Below, in pieces: positions 27,361 through 36,110 of a stretch of 64,000 nt of DNA. A program made the translations under genes and the position numbers. Source of the stretch: a virus; IMG/VR virus record IMGVR_UViG_3300022744_000001, positions 194,022 through 258,021 of that record; one strand, 5' to 3'. The notes beneath the pieces were generated by a model. The model worked only from the letters and a program-made list of their open reading frames with translations. It had not been told where the DNA came from and searched no databases. Every line of letters starts with the position of its first letter. Position 1 is the stretch's first letter.

Positions 27361-28128
27361 CTATCCGATGAGGTCGAACCTACTCAAGACTTTCGTATCA
27401 GAAGTTTCTTCCTTCGTGCCAAAGGCATGCTGGAGGAGCGGTTTGAAAGTGCGCTCCACGTAGTCATTCGAATCAGCACGAATCTTGGCGAAATGGCACA
27501 CGGGGCAACCTGCAAACATGGAATTGGCAGAGATGTGGTCGTGCTCCGTGTTGAAACTGATCTGCGGGCCATCCGAAGTGCGGGTAATGGCGATGAAATT
27601 GCGATTGTACATCCAGTAGTAATGCCTAGTGGCCGAACTTAGGGTCACTCCGAATCGTTGCACCAGCTCAAGGATCTTCGCGACGGAAGCGTTTGGGTTG
27701 GCCTCGAGCACGAGAATGAAAGCCATGATGACCAAAGAGCTGAGGTTGAGATTGCTCCCAAGGTTCAATGGGTTGCTATCCCCGCGGTCCTTGCACTCTT
27801 CGACGTGGCAGTAGCAAGCGGGGGAGCACCGGCACATGATGGGGTACTCGCCCTCGTGGACACAGTTCTTCTCGGCTCGGTTGTGTGCCCGTTGTCGTTC
27901 GAGGTAGCGGGTTAGATGTGTGACGGCGAGGCCCTCGAACCAGTTAGGCTTCAAGACTTCCTTCTCCAAGGCCGTCCTCGCCGCTCGGAGGTGGGACACA
28001 ACGGAGGGTGTCCCCTCGTGTTGGGTTTCCAACTCCCGAAGCGTAGCCAGGGTTCTCTGCAACAAGTCGTCGGATCTCGGCAAGTTCTCGGGCATGTTCG
28101 TCAAGCCTCTCCAGAATTTGCTGTACAC
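27361..28128 (-). CDS. Cys-rich protein ending VLSRFDLIG
   Basis: CRCSPACYCHVEECKD. Its C-terminus carries the SRFDL motif. The start overlaps DUF1003 and is uncertain. Confidence 0.45.
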   Translation of the reverse strand: MYSKFWRGLTNMPENLPRSDDLLQRTLATLRELETQHEGTPSVVSHLRAARTALEKEVLKPNWFEGLAVTHLTRYLERQRAHNRAEKNCVHEGEYPIMCRCSPACYCHVEECKDRGDSNPLNLGSNLNLSSLVIMAFILVLEANPNASVAKILELVQRFGVTLSSATRHYYWMYNRNFIAITRTSDGPQISFNTEHDHISANSMFAGCPVCHFAKIRADSNDYVERTFKPLLQHAFGTKEETSDTKVLSRFDLIG

Positions 28129-28549
28129 CGCGACTGGTGAGGCGGTTGATCTCGTAATCCAAGTTGGCGTCGATACGGTCGATGGCGTTCTGCCTGTTCT
28201 GGCTCATCATGATGATCGGCGCGGTGTACGCGGCCTGCAAGCTCATGACGAGGTTCATGAGGATGAACGGGTAGGGGTCCCACGGGTGGGTGAGGTGGAT
28301 GTTCGCCGCGACCCAGCTCACGACGATGACCGTCTGAACGAGAATGAACGACCATGAGCCGACCGTTCTCGCGACTCGGTCGGCTGCGATGTCCTTGAGG
28401 GTTACTGGGCGCCGGATTTCGTCGATTACGGACGGTTTTTGATTCACGGTCGCCCTCCCCCAACTACATGATTCTCGCAATCTCGAAATGCATCCCGTCG
28501 AGACGCCCTCGATAGTGCCCACCCCAAAAGAAGCCCAGCTGGTTTGCAA
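27944..28549 (-). CDS. DUF1003 family membrane protein
   Basis: PFILMNLVMSLQAAYTAPIIMMSQNRQ is typical of DUF1003. The true start is probably an internal GTG near 28447, which removes the overlap with the endolysin. Confidence 0.55.
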   Translation of the reverse strand: MQTSWASFGVGTIEGVSTGCISRLRESCSWGRATVNQKPSVIDEIRRPVTLKDIAADRVARTVGSWSFILVQTVIVVSWVAANIHLTHPWDPYPFILMNLVMSLQAAYTAPIIMMSQNRQNAIDRIDANLDYEINRLTSRGVQQILERLDEHARELAEIRRLVAENPGYASGVGNPTRGDTLRCVPPPSGEDGLGEGSLEA

Positions 28550-29246
28550 TCGGGACCAGCTTGCGCACTGACCCCGTAGCCCCTACCAACGGGGGCTCAG
28601 CTCCGATGGGGTTCCATTTGGCGTTCAGGTCGAAAGCACTACCGTGGCTGTGGGCGGAGAGGGTCGTTGTGCTGCCCCGGACGAACCGAGCCGCGTAGGT
28701 GCCGTCAAAAGACAGGATGAGGTCGAGGAGCTTGGCCCTCTCCCATTCCCGGAAGAGCAGCTGGAGACGTGGCGCGGCCCGCTTGTGGAACCTGACCTTG
28801 CAGTTGACAGGAGCCCCTTTGATGCCACGAAGCTGGGGGATCTCGATTTCGACCAGGTTCTGGTGCACCCAGTCATCGAGGATCTCGATGCGCTCCATGT
28901 TGCCATCAATGGGCGCGGGTTTGAACTTGAACCGGCCGAACAGCTGCTCCCGCATCGCTTGCGTCGGGGAGATCAGGTCCGAACGAGGCGGCCAGCCTGG
29001 TCCAAACTCAGCATCATCTCGAACGTCGAGGTATCCTCGCTCGATGGCTTTGGCGTAGGTCAAGCGACCCACTTCCCCATCGGGCGGATGAAGCCCTACA
29101 GCGTTTTGAAACGCCTCCGTGGCCGCTTTGGTCTTTGGGCCAAAGCTACCCTCAACGAGAGACCCGGAGTAGAAACCCTGGCCGAGCAAGAAGTTCTGCC
29201 AGCGTTGAACGTCCGGGCCGATGGAACCGAACCGCAGGACTTGCAT
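28464..29246 (-). CDS. endolysin: peptidoglycan-binding domain + peptidase M15 (L-Ala-D-Glu/VanY-like)
   Basis: N-terminal GPDVQRWQNFLLGQGFY...GPKTKAATEAFQ is PG_binding_1. C-terminal SAHSHGSAFDLN...GMHFE carries the M15 zinc ligands. Confidence 0.8.
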   Translation of the reverse strand: MQVLRFGSIGPDVQRWQNFLLGQGFYSGSLVEGSFGPKTKAATEAFQNAVGLHPPDGEVGRLTYAKAIERGYLDVRDDAEFGPGWPPRSDLISPTQAMREQLFGRFKFKPAPIDGNMERIEILDDWVHQNLVEIEIPQLRGIKGAPVNCKVRFHKRAAPRLQLLFREWERAKLLDLILSFDGTYAARFVRGSTTTLSAHSHGSAFDLNAKWNPIGAEPPLVGATGSVRKLVPIANQLGFFWGGHYRGRLDGMHFEIARIM

Positions 29247-29269
29247 ACAAGAGCCTGCGCGAAAGTAGA

Positions 29270-30070
29270 CTACTCGTTAGGTTCACTACCCTTCGGAGTT
29301 TCCGCTTCAGAGGCGGGAACCTCGGGAATGATCGGGAGCGGAACATCACTTGGGGGCGGGATTTCGATGCTGGGGTCCCCAGGCATGACCGGCTGCCTCT
29401 CCGCTGCTTCTTGCCTTTGAGCTTTTTCCTGCTCACGTAGGTAGTCCATCAGTTCCACAATGGAGTTGAACGACATCCCGTTGTCGGGCGGGAAGGATGA
29501 CCGCGTTGCGGGCTCGGGAGCCTCCTTGGTGGGTTCTGGCCGACGCTCCTTGTGTGCCATCCGATGAGGTCGCACAGCCTTCTCCAAAGGCTCGTCATAC
29601 TCCAGCAAAGCACGGGGTTTACCGCCCACCATCTCGTAATGCTCGGAATATAGCGGCTTGAAGTCGCCATAAAAGATCGCTGTCACAAGCTTTTCGCTGT
29701 CACCAGTATACGGCGGCGGATTGCGGTCAATGCGCTTGGGTTTCCACCCGTAAGGGATTTCGATAGGGTCCAGGTTCCCCTTGGGCTTGAGCCATCCGAT
29801 CTTCACCGCATGGTCGAGATACGGATTGGTTTTTGGTATGACCGTGATTTCTTGTCCCACCTTGATGAAGTGGTGACTGATGGCGTTCGGAGTCGGGCAG
29901 TAAAAGCTCTTCTTTGCAACGTAGAGGTTATCCGGCTCCGGTGTTTGTGCTGGAGGCAGACTGCGACGAGCGAAGCCGCGATTATTCCAAGCCTTGCGTG
30001 CTCGCATGAAGCCGTAGACAGCCAAAGCGGATAGCGTCACGCCGATGATGGTCTCGATCATAGAGCACAT
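29270..30070 (-). CDS. membrane-anchored protein adjacent to endolysin (possible lysis accessory)
   Basis: N-terminal TM helix. The C-terminus is Pro/Glu-rich. Confidence 0.45.
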   Translation of the reverse strand: MCSMIETIIGVTLSALAVYGFMRARKAWNNRGFARRSLPPAQTPEPDNLYVAKKSFYCPTPNAISHHFIKVGQEITVIPKTNPYLDHAVKIGWLKPKGNLDPIEIPYGWKPKRIDRNPPPYTGDSEKLVTAIFYGDFKPLYSEHYEMVGGKPRALLEYDEPLEKAVRPHRMAHKERRPEPTKEAPEPATRSSFPPDNGMSFNSIVELMDYLREQEKAQRQEAAERQPVMPGDPSIEIPPPSDVPLPIIPEVPASEAETPKGSEPNE

Positions 30071-30132
30071 CTACACCGATCCTCACCGCTACCAAAAAAC
30101 TGGTTAAGGCACTCATACCCCGGTGTACTGAG

Positions 30133-30173
30133 GACCATGGTCATCGTGACCATGGTTATCGGAACCATGGTCC
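30133..30173 (+). promoter_or_regulatory. three tandem 15-bp units each containing the palindrome (G)ACCATGGT(C); candidate operator array
   Basis: ACCATGGT occurs at 30134, 30149 and 30164 with exact 15-bp spacing, directly upstream of the NAD-operon regulator. Confidence 0.4.
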
Positions 30174-30943
30174 TCAACACCAGGGTAGTCATGTATCGTT
30201 ACAAATATCCGCGACCGTCGGTTGCTGTGGATCTCGTCACCTTTGGGTACGACGCGACCCAGGCAGAGATCAGTGTCCTACTCATCAAGCGCAAGCACGA
30301 TCCCTTCGAAGGGAAATGGGCCTTGCCTGGGGGGTTTGTCGAGGTTGGAACCGAGGACGATTTCTCGGGGTCAAAGCCTTCGAACTACGGGGAGTCGCTC
30401 GAGGACGCTGCGCGTCGTGAGCTGAAGGAGGAGACTGGGGCGGAGCCCGAGTACATCGAACAGCTCGGGACGTTCGGGGACCCCAATCGTGATCCTCGCG
30501 GGCGAGTCATCTCGGTCGCCTACCTCAGCCTCGTGCGCTCCAAGGACCTCACTGTCAAAGCCAGCTCGGATGCAGCCGAGGCGGTGTGGTGGCCTTTGAA
30601 GTCTGCCCTTCGCCAGAAGTTCGCCTTCGACCACAACACCATCCTGAATCAGGCCGTAACTCGACTTCACTCAAAGGTTCGGTACGCGCCAATCGGGTTC
30701 AACCTTCTCCCGCAGAAGTTCACCTTGCACGAGCTGCAAGAACTCTACGAGGCGCTTCTCTTGCGCCAGCTCGATAAGAGCAACTTCCGAAGGAAAGTGC
30801 TCTCCGTGGGGATTCTGGCCGAGGCCGGTCAACGCGTCCACGGGAAGCAAACCGTCCAACTCTACCGATTCGACAAGCGCGCCTACGACAAGGTCAGCGC
30901 TGCTGGCTTCAATTTCGAACCCAAGTTCGTGAAGGGGAAATGA
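30137..30943 (+). CDS. Nudix hydrolase domain + C-terminal winged-helix (NrtR-like ADP-ribose-responsive regulator)
   Basis: Nudix box GGFVEVGTEDDFSGSKPSNYGESLEDAARRELKEETG. C-terminal FTLHELQELYEALL...DKSNFRRKVL resembles the NrtR wHTH. The real start is probably the ATG at 30191. Confidence 0.6.
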   Translation: MVIVTMVIGTMVLNTRVVMYRYKYPRPSVAVDLVTFGYDATQAEISVLLIKRKHDPFEGKWALPGGFVEVGTEDDFSGSKPSNYGESLEDAARRELKEETGAEPEYIEQLGTFGDPNRDPRGRVISVAYLSLVRSKDLTVKASSDAAEAVWWPLKSALRQKFAFDHNTILNQAVTRLHSKVRYAPIGFNLLPQKFTLHELQELYEALLLRQLDKSNFRRKVLSVGILAEAGQRVHGKQTVQLYRFDKRAYDKVSAAGFNFEPKFVKGK

Positions 30944-32355
30944 TCATGCTTCGACCCAACCTCGCACTCAACACCGACTCCTACAAGCTCTCGCACCCGT
31001 GGCAATACCCTGACGGGCTCGAGTACATGCAGTCCTATTTCGAAAGCCGTGGTGGCCTCTTCGGAAAGACCATGAGCCTTGGCTACCAGGGGTTGGCCAA
31101 GACCAACCTGCTCGACCCGGTCACCAAGGACGACGTGGAGGAAGCCAAGGAGGTCGCGGAGGCCCATGGCGAACCTTTCGAGTACGGCGGCTGGATGCGC
31201 ATTGTGGACAAGTTCGAGGGCAAGCCCCCCATCCGCATCTTGGCCGTGCCCGAAGGTACTATGGTCCCGACGCACAACTTGCTGATGCGGGTGGAGTCCA
31301 TGGACAAGGAAACGGCGTGGCTCCCCGGGCACGTCGAGTCCATGTTGGTCCGCCTTTGGTACCCGCAGACGGTCGCGACTCTCTCGCACTACATCAAGCG
31401 GGACATTCTCGAGGCCCTGATCAAGTCGTCCAACGACCCCTGGGGGGAGATCCTCTTCAAGCTGCATGACTTCGGGGCTCGAGGGTGCAGCTCGCTCGAG
31501 ACGGCGGGTATCGGCGGTATGGCGCACCTGGTCAATTTCCAGGGCACCGACACCATCGAGGCTCTTCGCTACGTCCGGAAATACTACGGCGAGTCGATGG
31601 CGGGGTTCTCCATCCCCGCGGCGGAGCACTCGACCATCACGAGCTGGGGCCGGGAGAACGAACTCCTCGCCTACCGGAACATGGTCAAGCAGTTCGCGAA
31701 GCCCGGCAAGTTCGTGGCGTGTGTCTCGGACAGCTACGACATCTACAACGCGGTTCGTCTCTGGGGCAGTGAACTCCGCGAAGAGGTCAAGGCCAGCGGC
31801 GGCACCCTGGTCATTCGTCCTGACTCCGGCATCCCCGTCGAGGTGGTCATGAAGTGCCTCCGCATCCTGGAAGACCAGGTGGGCATGACCAAGAACATGA
31901 AGGGGTACAAGGTCCTCCCGTCCTACTTCCGCCTGATCCAGGGTGACGGGGTCAACCGCGACTCCATCCGCGAAATCCTCGCCGAGATGCTCGCGAACGG
32001 CTACTCGGCGAGCAACATCGCCTTCGGCATGGGTGGCGGCCTCCTGCAACAGGTCAACCGCGACACCCAGAAGTACGCCTACAAGTGCTCGCAGGTCATC
32101 ATCAACGGGCAGCCCCGTCGCGTCTTCAAAGACCCGGTCACGGACCAGGGCAAGAAGTCGAAGGCAGGCAACTTGGACATCGTGTTCGAGAACGGGCAGT
32201 TCAAGACCATCGAACTCGAGCCCGGCACCTCTCTCAGCCGCAACACGGCACTCAAGCCCATCTACGAAATGGGCAAACTCTTGGTAGATGAAAAGTTCTC
32301 CGACGTGCGGAAGCGTGCTGACAGCGACCTCGTCGAAGGCTACGGAAGGGCATGA
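30940..32355 (+). CDS. nadV: nicotinamide phosphoribosyltransferase (NadV/Nampt)
   Basis: LALNTDSYKLSHPWQYPDG...YFESRGG matches the NAMPT N-terminus. 471 aa, ATGA-coupled to its neighbours. Confidence 0.85.
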   Translation: MIMLRPNLALNTDSYKLSHPWQYPDGLEYMQSYFESRGGLFGKTMSLGYQGLAKTNLLDPVTKDDVEEAKEVAEAHGEPFEYGGWMRIVDKFEGKPPIRILAVPEGTMVPTHNLLMRVESMDKETAWLPGHVESMLVRLWYPQTVATLSHYIKRDILEALIKSSNDPWGEILFKLHDFGARGCSSLETAGIGGMAHLVNFQGTDTIEALRYVRKYYGESMAGFSIPAAEHSTITSWGRENELLAYRNMVKQFAKPGKFVACVSDSYDIYNAVRLWGSELREEVKASGGTLVIRPDSGIPVEVVMKCLRILEDQVGMTKNMKGYKVLPSYFRLIQGDGVNRDSIREILAEMLANGYSASNIAFGMGGGLLQQVNRDTQKYAYKCSQVIINGQPRRVFKDPVTDQGKKSKAGNLDIVFENGQFKTIELEPGTSLSRNTALKPIYEMGKLLVDEKFSDVRKRADSDLVEGYGRA

Positions 32356-33449
32356 CCATGATCACGAATCAACCAGCTGCTGTTTTGCTCAACCACGCGC
32401 CGTTGCGGGTTGCCATCGCGGCTTCGGGGGCCGGAGCAGGACTCCAGAAAACCCTCTGGGACGTTCCCGGCATCTCCGCGGTCTTGGTCGAGGCTTCCTT
32501 CCCCTATGCGATGGAGGCGACTGACCAGTTCCTGCGGTTCAAGCCTGACCGGTATTGCTCGGCTTGCACTGCCGTCGAGATGGCCATGGAGTGCTACTAC
32601 CGGGCATTCCAGTACAACGGCCCCCGGGCCATCGGGGTTGGGCTCAGTGCCTCGGTGGCATCCCTAAAAGCCCACCGGGGCGAGCACCGGGTCTTTGCGG
32701 CGTCCTTCTCGGACAAGGGGTGCCGGGTCTACGAACGAGTGCTGGAGAAGACCAACGAACCGGCAACCCTCGCTCGTGTGCTTGACGGGGCGGTGGCCGA
32801 CGCCATGGGCCTTCTGGCGCTCCTGGAGGCCGTAGGAGCGGCGATGGACAACGCCCCCGAGGCAACCGACTATGACGGGGCGGCCCTCGCTCACGAGGCG
32901 TTCTGGGCCCGTCCTGTGTTCACCAAGACCGGGCAGCGGGTGACCGAGGCTGAGGCCGAGGTGGAAGCGATCTTCCCCGGGGCCTTCAACCCGCCCCATC
33001 ACGGGCACTTTGGGATGGCCCACAACTTCCAAGGGTATACTCGGATCAGCCCCACCTTTCATGTCACGGCGGAGACGCCCCACAAGCCCCCGCTTTCCGT
33101 GGCAGAGATGCTGCAACGAGCCAAGATGCTTGAGGGGCACCACCGGATGTTCACCCGGAACGACCCCCTGTACGTGGACAAGGCGGCCAAGTTCCCCGGG
33201 CGTCCGATCCTCGTCGGGTCGGATGCGCTCGAGCGCCTGCTCGACCCCAAGTGGGGGCCAACCCCAGAAGAGCTGGGCTCCACATTCGAGGAGCATGGGA
33301 CGGTTTTCTACGTCCCTGAAACCCGGGTCGTGAACGGCCGCGAAGTGAAGCTCGAGGACCTGACCCTACCCAAAGGCTTGAGGGTGATTCGACTCCCTGG
33401 CCGTTGGGATGTCAGCTCCTCCGAGCTTCGCGCTACTTCCGCCGCTTAG
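32352..33449 (+). CDS. CinA-C/PncC-like domain fused to nicotinamide/nicotinate mononucleotide adenylyltransferase (NMNAT)
   Basis: The C-terminal GAFNPPHHGH...VSSSELRA matches NadD motifs. The N-terminal LWDVPGISAVLVEASFPYAME...ACTAVEMAMEC...GVGLSASVAS aligns with the CinA C-terminal (NMN deamidase) fold, but the ESCTGG motif is replaced by ASGAGAG. Confidence 0.65.
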   Translation: MTMITNQPAAVLLNHAPLRVAIAASGAGAGLQKTLWDVPGISAVLVEASFPYAMEATDQFLRFKPDRYCSACTAVEMAMECYYRAFQYNGPRAIGVGLSASVASLKAHRGEHRVFAASFSDKGCRVYERVLEKTNEPATLARVLDGAVADAMGLLALLEAVGAAMDNAPEATDYDGAALAHEAFWARPVFTKTGQRVTEAEAEVEAIFPGAFNPPHHGHFGMAHNFQGYTRISPTFHVTAETPHKPPLSVAEMLQRAKMLEGHHRMFTRNDPLYVDKAAKFPGRPILVGSDALERLLDPKWGPTPEELGSTFEEHGTVFYVPETRVVNGREVKLEDLTLPKGLRVIRLPGRWDVSSSELRATSAA

Positions 33450-33768
33450 ACTTGCCAGAGGGCGGCGGAACCGTTTCCTTGGCCGGGGGCTCCTCCTCGA
33501 GCTTGGCAACAGGCTCAGGCGTTTCTACCGCCAAAGGAACGCTCTCAACGACCGGAGCTTCGTCGTTGAGAGCGGGTTTTGGGGCCTCTTGGGCGATCAG
33601 CTTCTTGACCACAAGCTCAGGCTTCGGCGTCATTTTGCGAAGCTCGAGCACCTCTGTGATCAGATCCACCAGGTGCGTCTCAGCGTGAGCCAGGTGCATT
33701 CCGGCAATTTGGCAACGAAATGCCCTGGCTTTCAGATCGATCAGTTCCTGGTCTGTCAGTCGAGCCAT
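33433..33768 (-). CDS. hypothetical protein
   Basis: 111 aa with a P/E/K-rich tail. Confidence 0.4.
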   Translation of the reverse strand: MARLTDQELIDLKARAFRCQIAGMHLAHAETHLVDLITEVLELRKMTPKPELVVKKLIAQEAPKPALNDEAPVVESVPLAVETPEPVAKLEEEPPAKETVPPPSGKSKRRK

Positions 33769-33807
33769 GTCTTCCCTCTTTTTACTGGGGTGGCTCGATA
33801 AGTAGAA

Positions 33808-34353
33808 TCAGGAACGAGTCGCGGGCTCCTCATAGAAGATGTTTCGCGTTAGCCCACAGTTGACCGGCTGTAGCTTTACCTTGGGTCGGTCCATGGCGCC
33901 GCCCCAGTGCTTTGCGCGCGGACAAGGATCAGGAATATCCCCTGCGGCCCATCGTTCAACCAGTTCACGTACCGCAGCCCAGTGCTTTGCGAAGGGCTTG
34001 TAGGCGTCGCTGGTGGGGTCCCCCCAAGGCAGCGTTTGAATGAACTGGGTACGCTCGGTTTTCGTCTTCAATGGGCTCGCGTATTTCGCGACCAACTCAG
34101 AAAATGTCGTCTTGCCAGGCTTCCTCGTCTCTATCGAGTTGAATCGCTTGGCCAACACCCAAGCGATCGCTCTGTGGTCAGGTTCATGCCAATCAGCTTC
34201 GCCCACCATGGCTCGGGCAAGCGTCAGCTTGGCTTCGTCATCGAGCTGTTCAGCTGGTAGCGGTACGTGCCTCTTTCGTTCCGCATGCGCCGGAGCAACG
34301 CGGAAACAAGGAACGAAGAAAAGCACGGCTAGAATTACAAAAAACTGTCGCAT
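33808..34353 (-). CDS. SleB-like cell wall hydrolase with signal peptide
   Basis: N-terminal signal peptide MRQFFVILAVLFFVPCFRVAPAHA. LTLARAMVGEADWHEPDHRAIAWVLAKR matches the Hydrolase_2/SleB motif. Confidence 0.6.
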   Translation of the reverse strand: MRQFFVILAVLFFVPCFRVAPAHAERKRHVPLPAEQLDDEAKLTLARAMVGEADWHEPDHRAIAWVLAKRFNSIETRKPGKTTFSELVAKYASPLKTKTERTQFIQTLPWGDPTSDAYKPFAKHWAAVRELVERWAAGDIPDPCPRAKHWGGAMDRPKVKLQPVNCGLTRNIFYEEPATRS

Positions 34354-34647
34354 TTACTATGAGCCTCCCTTTCATGTGAGGTCAACGGGTTGCGTTCTTT
34401 TGGAACTGCTTCGTTGAATTTGTCCTGTGTTCACCTCTACTTGGAGTTTTCCGTCAGCGGTGTAAGCGAATCTAGGTTTGTAAGGACATTACCGACGAGT
34501 GGAACACCGTCAACCCGAATAGCTCACGTGGCTATAGGGTCTGAGCTTCAATAGGTTATGAAATGTAGGTGTCCCTCCCGGGCCTCTACTTACCCCGGAA
34601 CGGGGGAGTTCCGAGGTCAAATAGTTCGAGGGGAGGGATGACGAGCG

Positions 34648-35133
34648 ATGCCGGTGTATGCCGTCCCGATGAACCGGTCCGACGTGCATCGCATTTTTCT
34701 TGGCCACCAAACGGAGGTAAGCCGTTACCAGGCCGAGGTTTACAAGACCCCCAGAATCCGAGCGATCAGCGCGAGCGGGGAGAACCCTGAGAAGGCTCAA
34801 ACGGCCCTCATCCTCGCCCTAGCGCAAGCCTTCGACTTGCCCACCAGGTCATTCCACCTGGTCTACGTGTTCACTCCAGAACAGCATCTCGAGTGGTTCT
34901 ATGCCCAGGCGGTAGAGCTAGGAAAGAAGCTCACGGAGAAGCTACGCGCCCAGACAAATTCTGCTAACAAGGATCTGACCAAGGCCGTTCTCAGGCTACT
35001 GCAAAAATGGCTAGGGAATGTCCGCCCGGTGACCCCTCCAGCATGGACCCCCATGGCCTCAAATCGCTGGGCGGCCTACGGCTACACGGCGAGCGACCCA
35101 GTCCCAGGCTGGGTGAAAAATGCCCTGGGTTGA
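34648..35133 (+). CDS. hypothetical protein
   Basis: RBS GAGGGGAGGGA. 161 aa. Confidence 0.45.
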   Translation: MPVYAVPMNRSDVHRIFLGHQTEVSRYQAEVYKTPRIRAISASGENPEKAQTALILALAQAFDLPTRSFHLVYVFTPEQHLEWFYAQAVELGKKLTEKLRAQTNSANKDLTKAVLRLLQKWLGNVRPVTPPAWTPMASNRWAAYGYTASDPVPGWVKNALG

Positions 35134-35205
35134 GTCGCAAGCCGTCGTCCCGGTGTAGGGTACATTACCTAAGCCAAAAGCTGTGGACTTTCGCAATATT
35201 AGGGG

Positions 35206-35772
35206 ATGGGGTTGGAACCGGAGATCGACATCGACGCTTACTGGAGTGACTTGCGGTCACCGCAAGATCCCACCCTTGAGAGGGTTCTGACTTGGGTACC
35301 CACGGAGCAACCTTTGCTGGACGTGAATTCCCTTTCAGGGGTGCTCCCAGCTTTGCGCCAGAGGGGTGACTCCCTCGTTTGGACTCTCGGGCAACACCAA
35401 GCTCTGCTACAGGATGTGGTCGGGGCTCTTTTGCGAAAACTACCCCCGCGAGCCTGGTCGTTCACCAACATGCCCTCTGACGTAGGGTCTTACCCCAAGC
35501 TCTACCAGTATGTCATGGAGGTCAAGTTCTGCCTGGTAGAGGGTTTGCCTTCTGCACTCGAACAAGCTCGGGGGGTCCTGGAGACCCACCTGCAAGAGAA
35601 CCTGCGGGAGGCCCTCGTTTTCTATCAATGGTGTCACGCCAATGAGCACGTCCCTCGGGCGATTCTCGTATTCGACGCCTGGAACCATGCGTCGGCAAAT
35701 GAGCATGCAGATGTGACAAGCATCCTCACCTATGCTGGCCCCGCCATAGGGGTACTCCGAGGGAACTCATGA
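35206..35772 (+). CDS. hypothetical protein
   Basis: 188 aa. Confidence 0.45.
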   Translation: MGLEPEIDIDAYWSDLRSPQDPTLERVLTWVPTEQPLLDVNSLSGVLPALRQRGDSLVWTLGQHQALLQDVVGALLRKLPPRAWSFTNMPSDVGSYPKLYQYVMEVKFCLVEGLPSALEQARGVLETHLQENLREALVFYQWCHANEHVPRAILVFDAWNHASANEHADVTSILTYAGPAIGVLRGNS

Positions 35773-36110
35773 GCCGCCACGCATTTGCAGACGTCCTGAA
35801 GGAGGCGCGGATTGCCAGAGGTCTCAGTCTGCGGGCTTTCGCTTCCGAGATCGGGTACTCCGCCCCTTACATCCACGACGTGGAGAGCGGCCGTCGCAAC
35901 CCTCTTTCCGACGATGTTCTGCCGAAAGTGGCCGAGGTCTTGCGAATCAGCCTGACCGACTTACGCAGAGCCGCCGCCACAAGTCGTCATGGGGGATTCC
36001 TGCTTCCGCTGGCATCCGAACGTCATGACAACGTGGCGGCTATCCTGGCCCGCAGGTGGAAGAAGCTCGAGCCGGAGCAGCTGGAAGCCGTCCTCGAAGC
36101 TATCAGTTGA
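35769..36110 (+). CDS. XRE-family HTH transcriptional regulator
   Basis: ARGLSLRAFASEIGYSAPYIHDVESGRRNP is a classic HTH_XRE. Confidence 0.7.
   Translation: MSRHAFADVLKEARIARGLSLRAFASEIGYSAPYIHDVESGRRNPLSDDVLPKVAEVLRISLTDLRRAAATSRHGGFLLPLASERHDNVAAILARRWKKLEPEQLEAVLEAIS

Noticed and set aside
30883-32049. 388 aa ORF antisense to nadV
   Set aside because: The sense frame is unmistakably Nampt.
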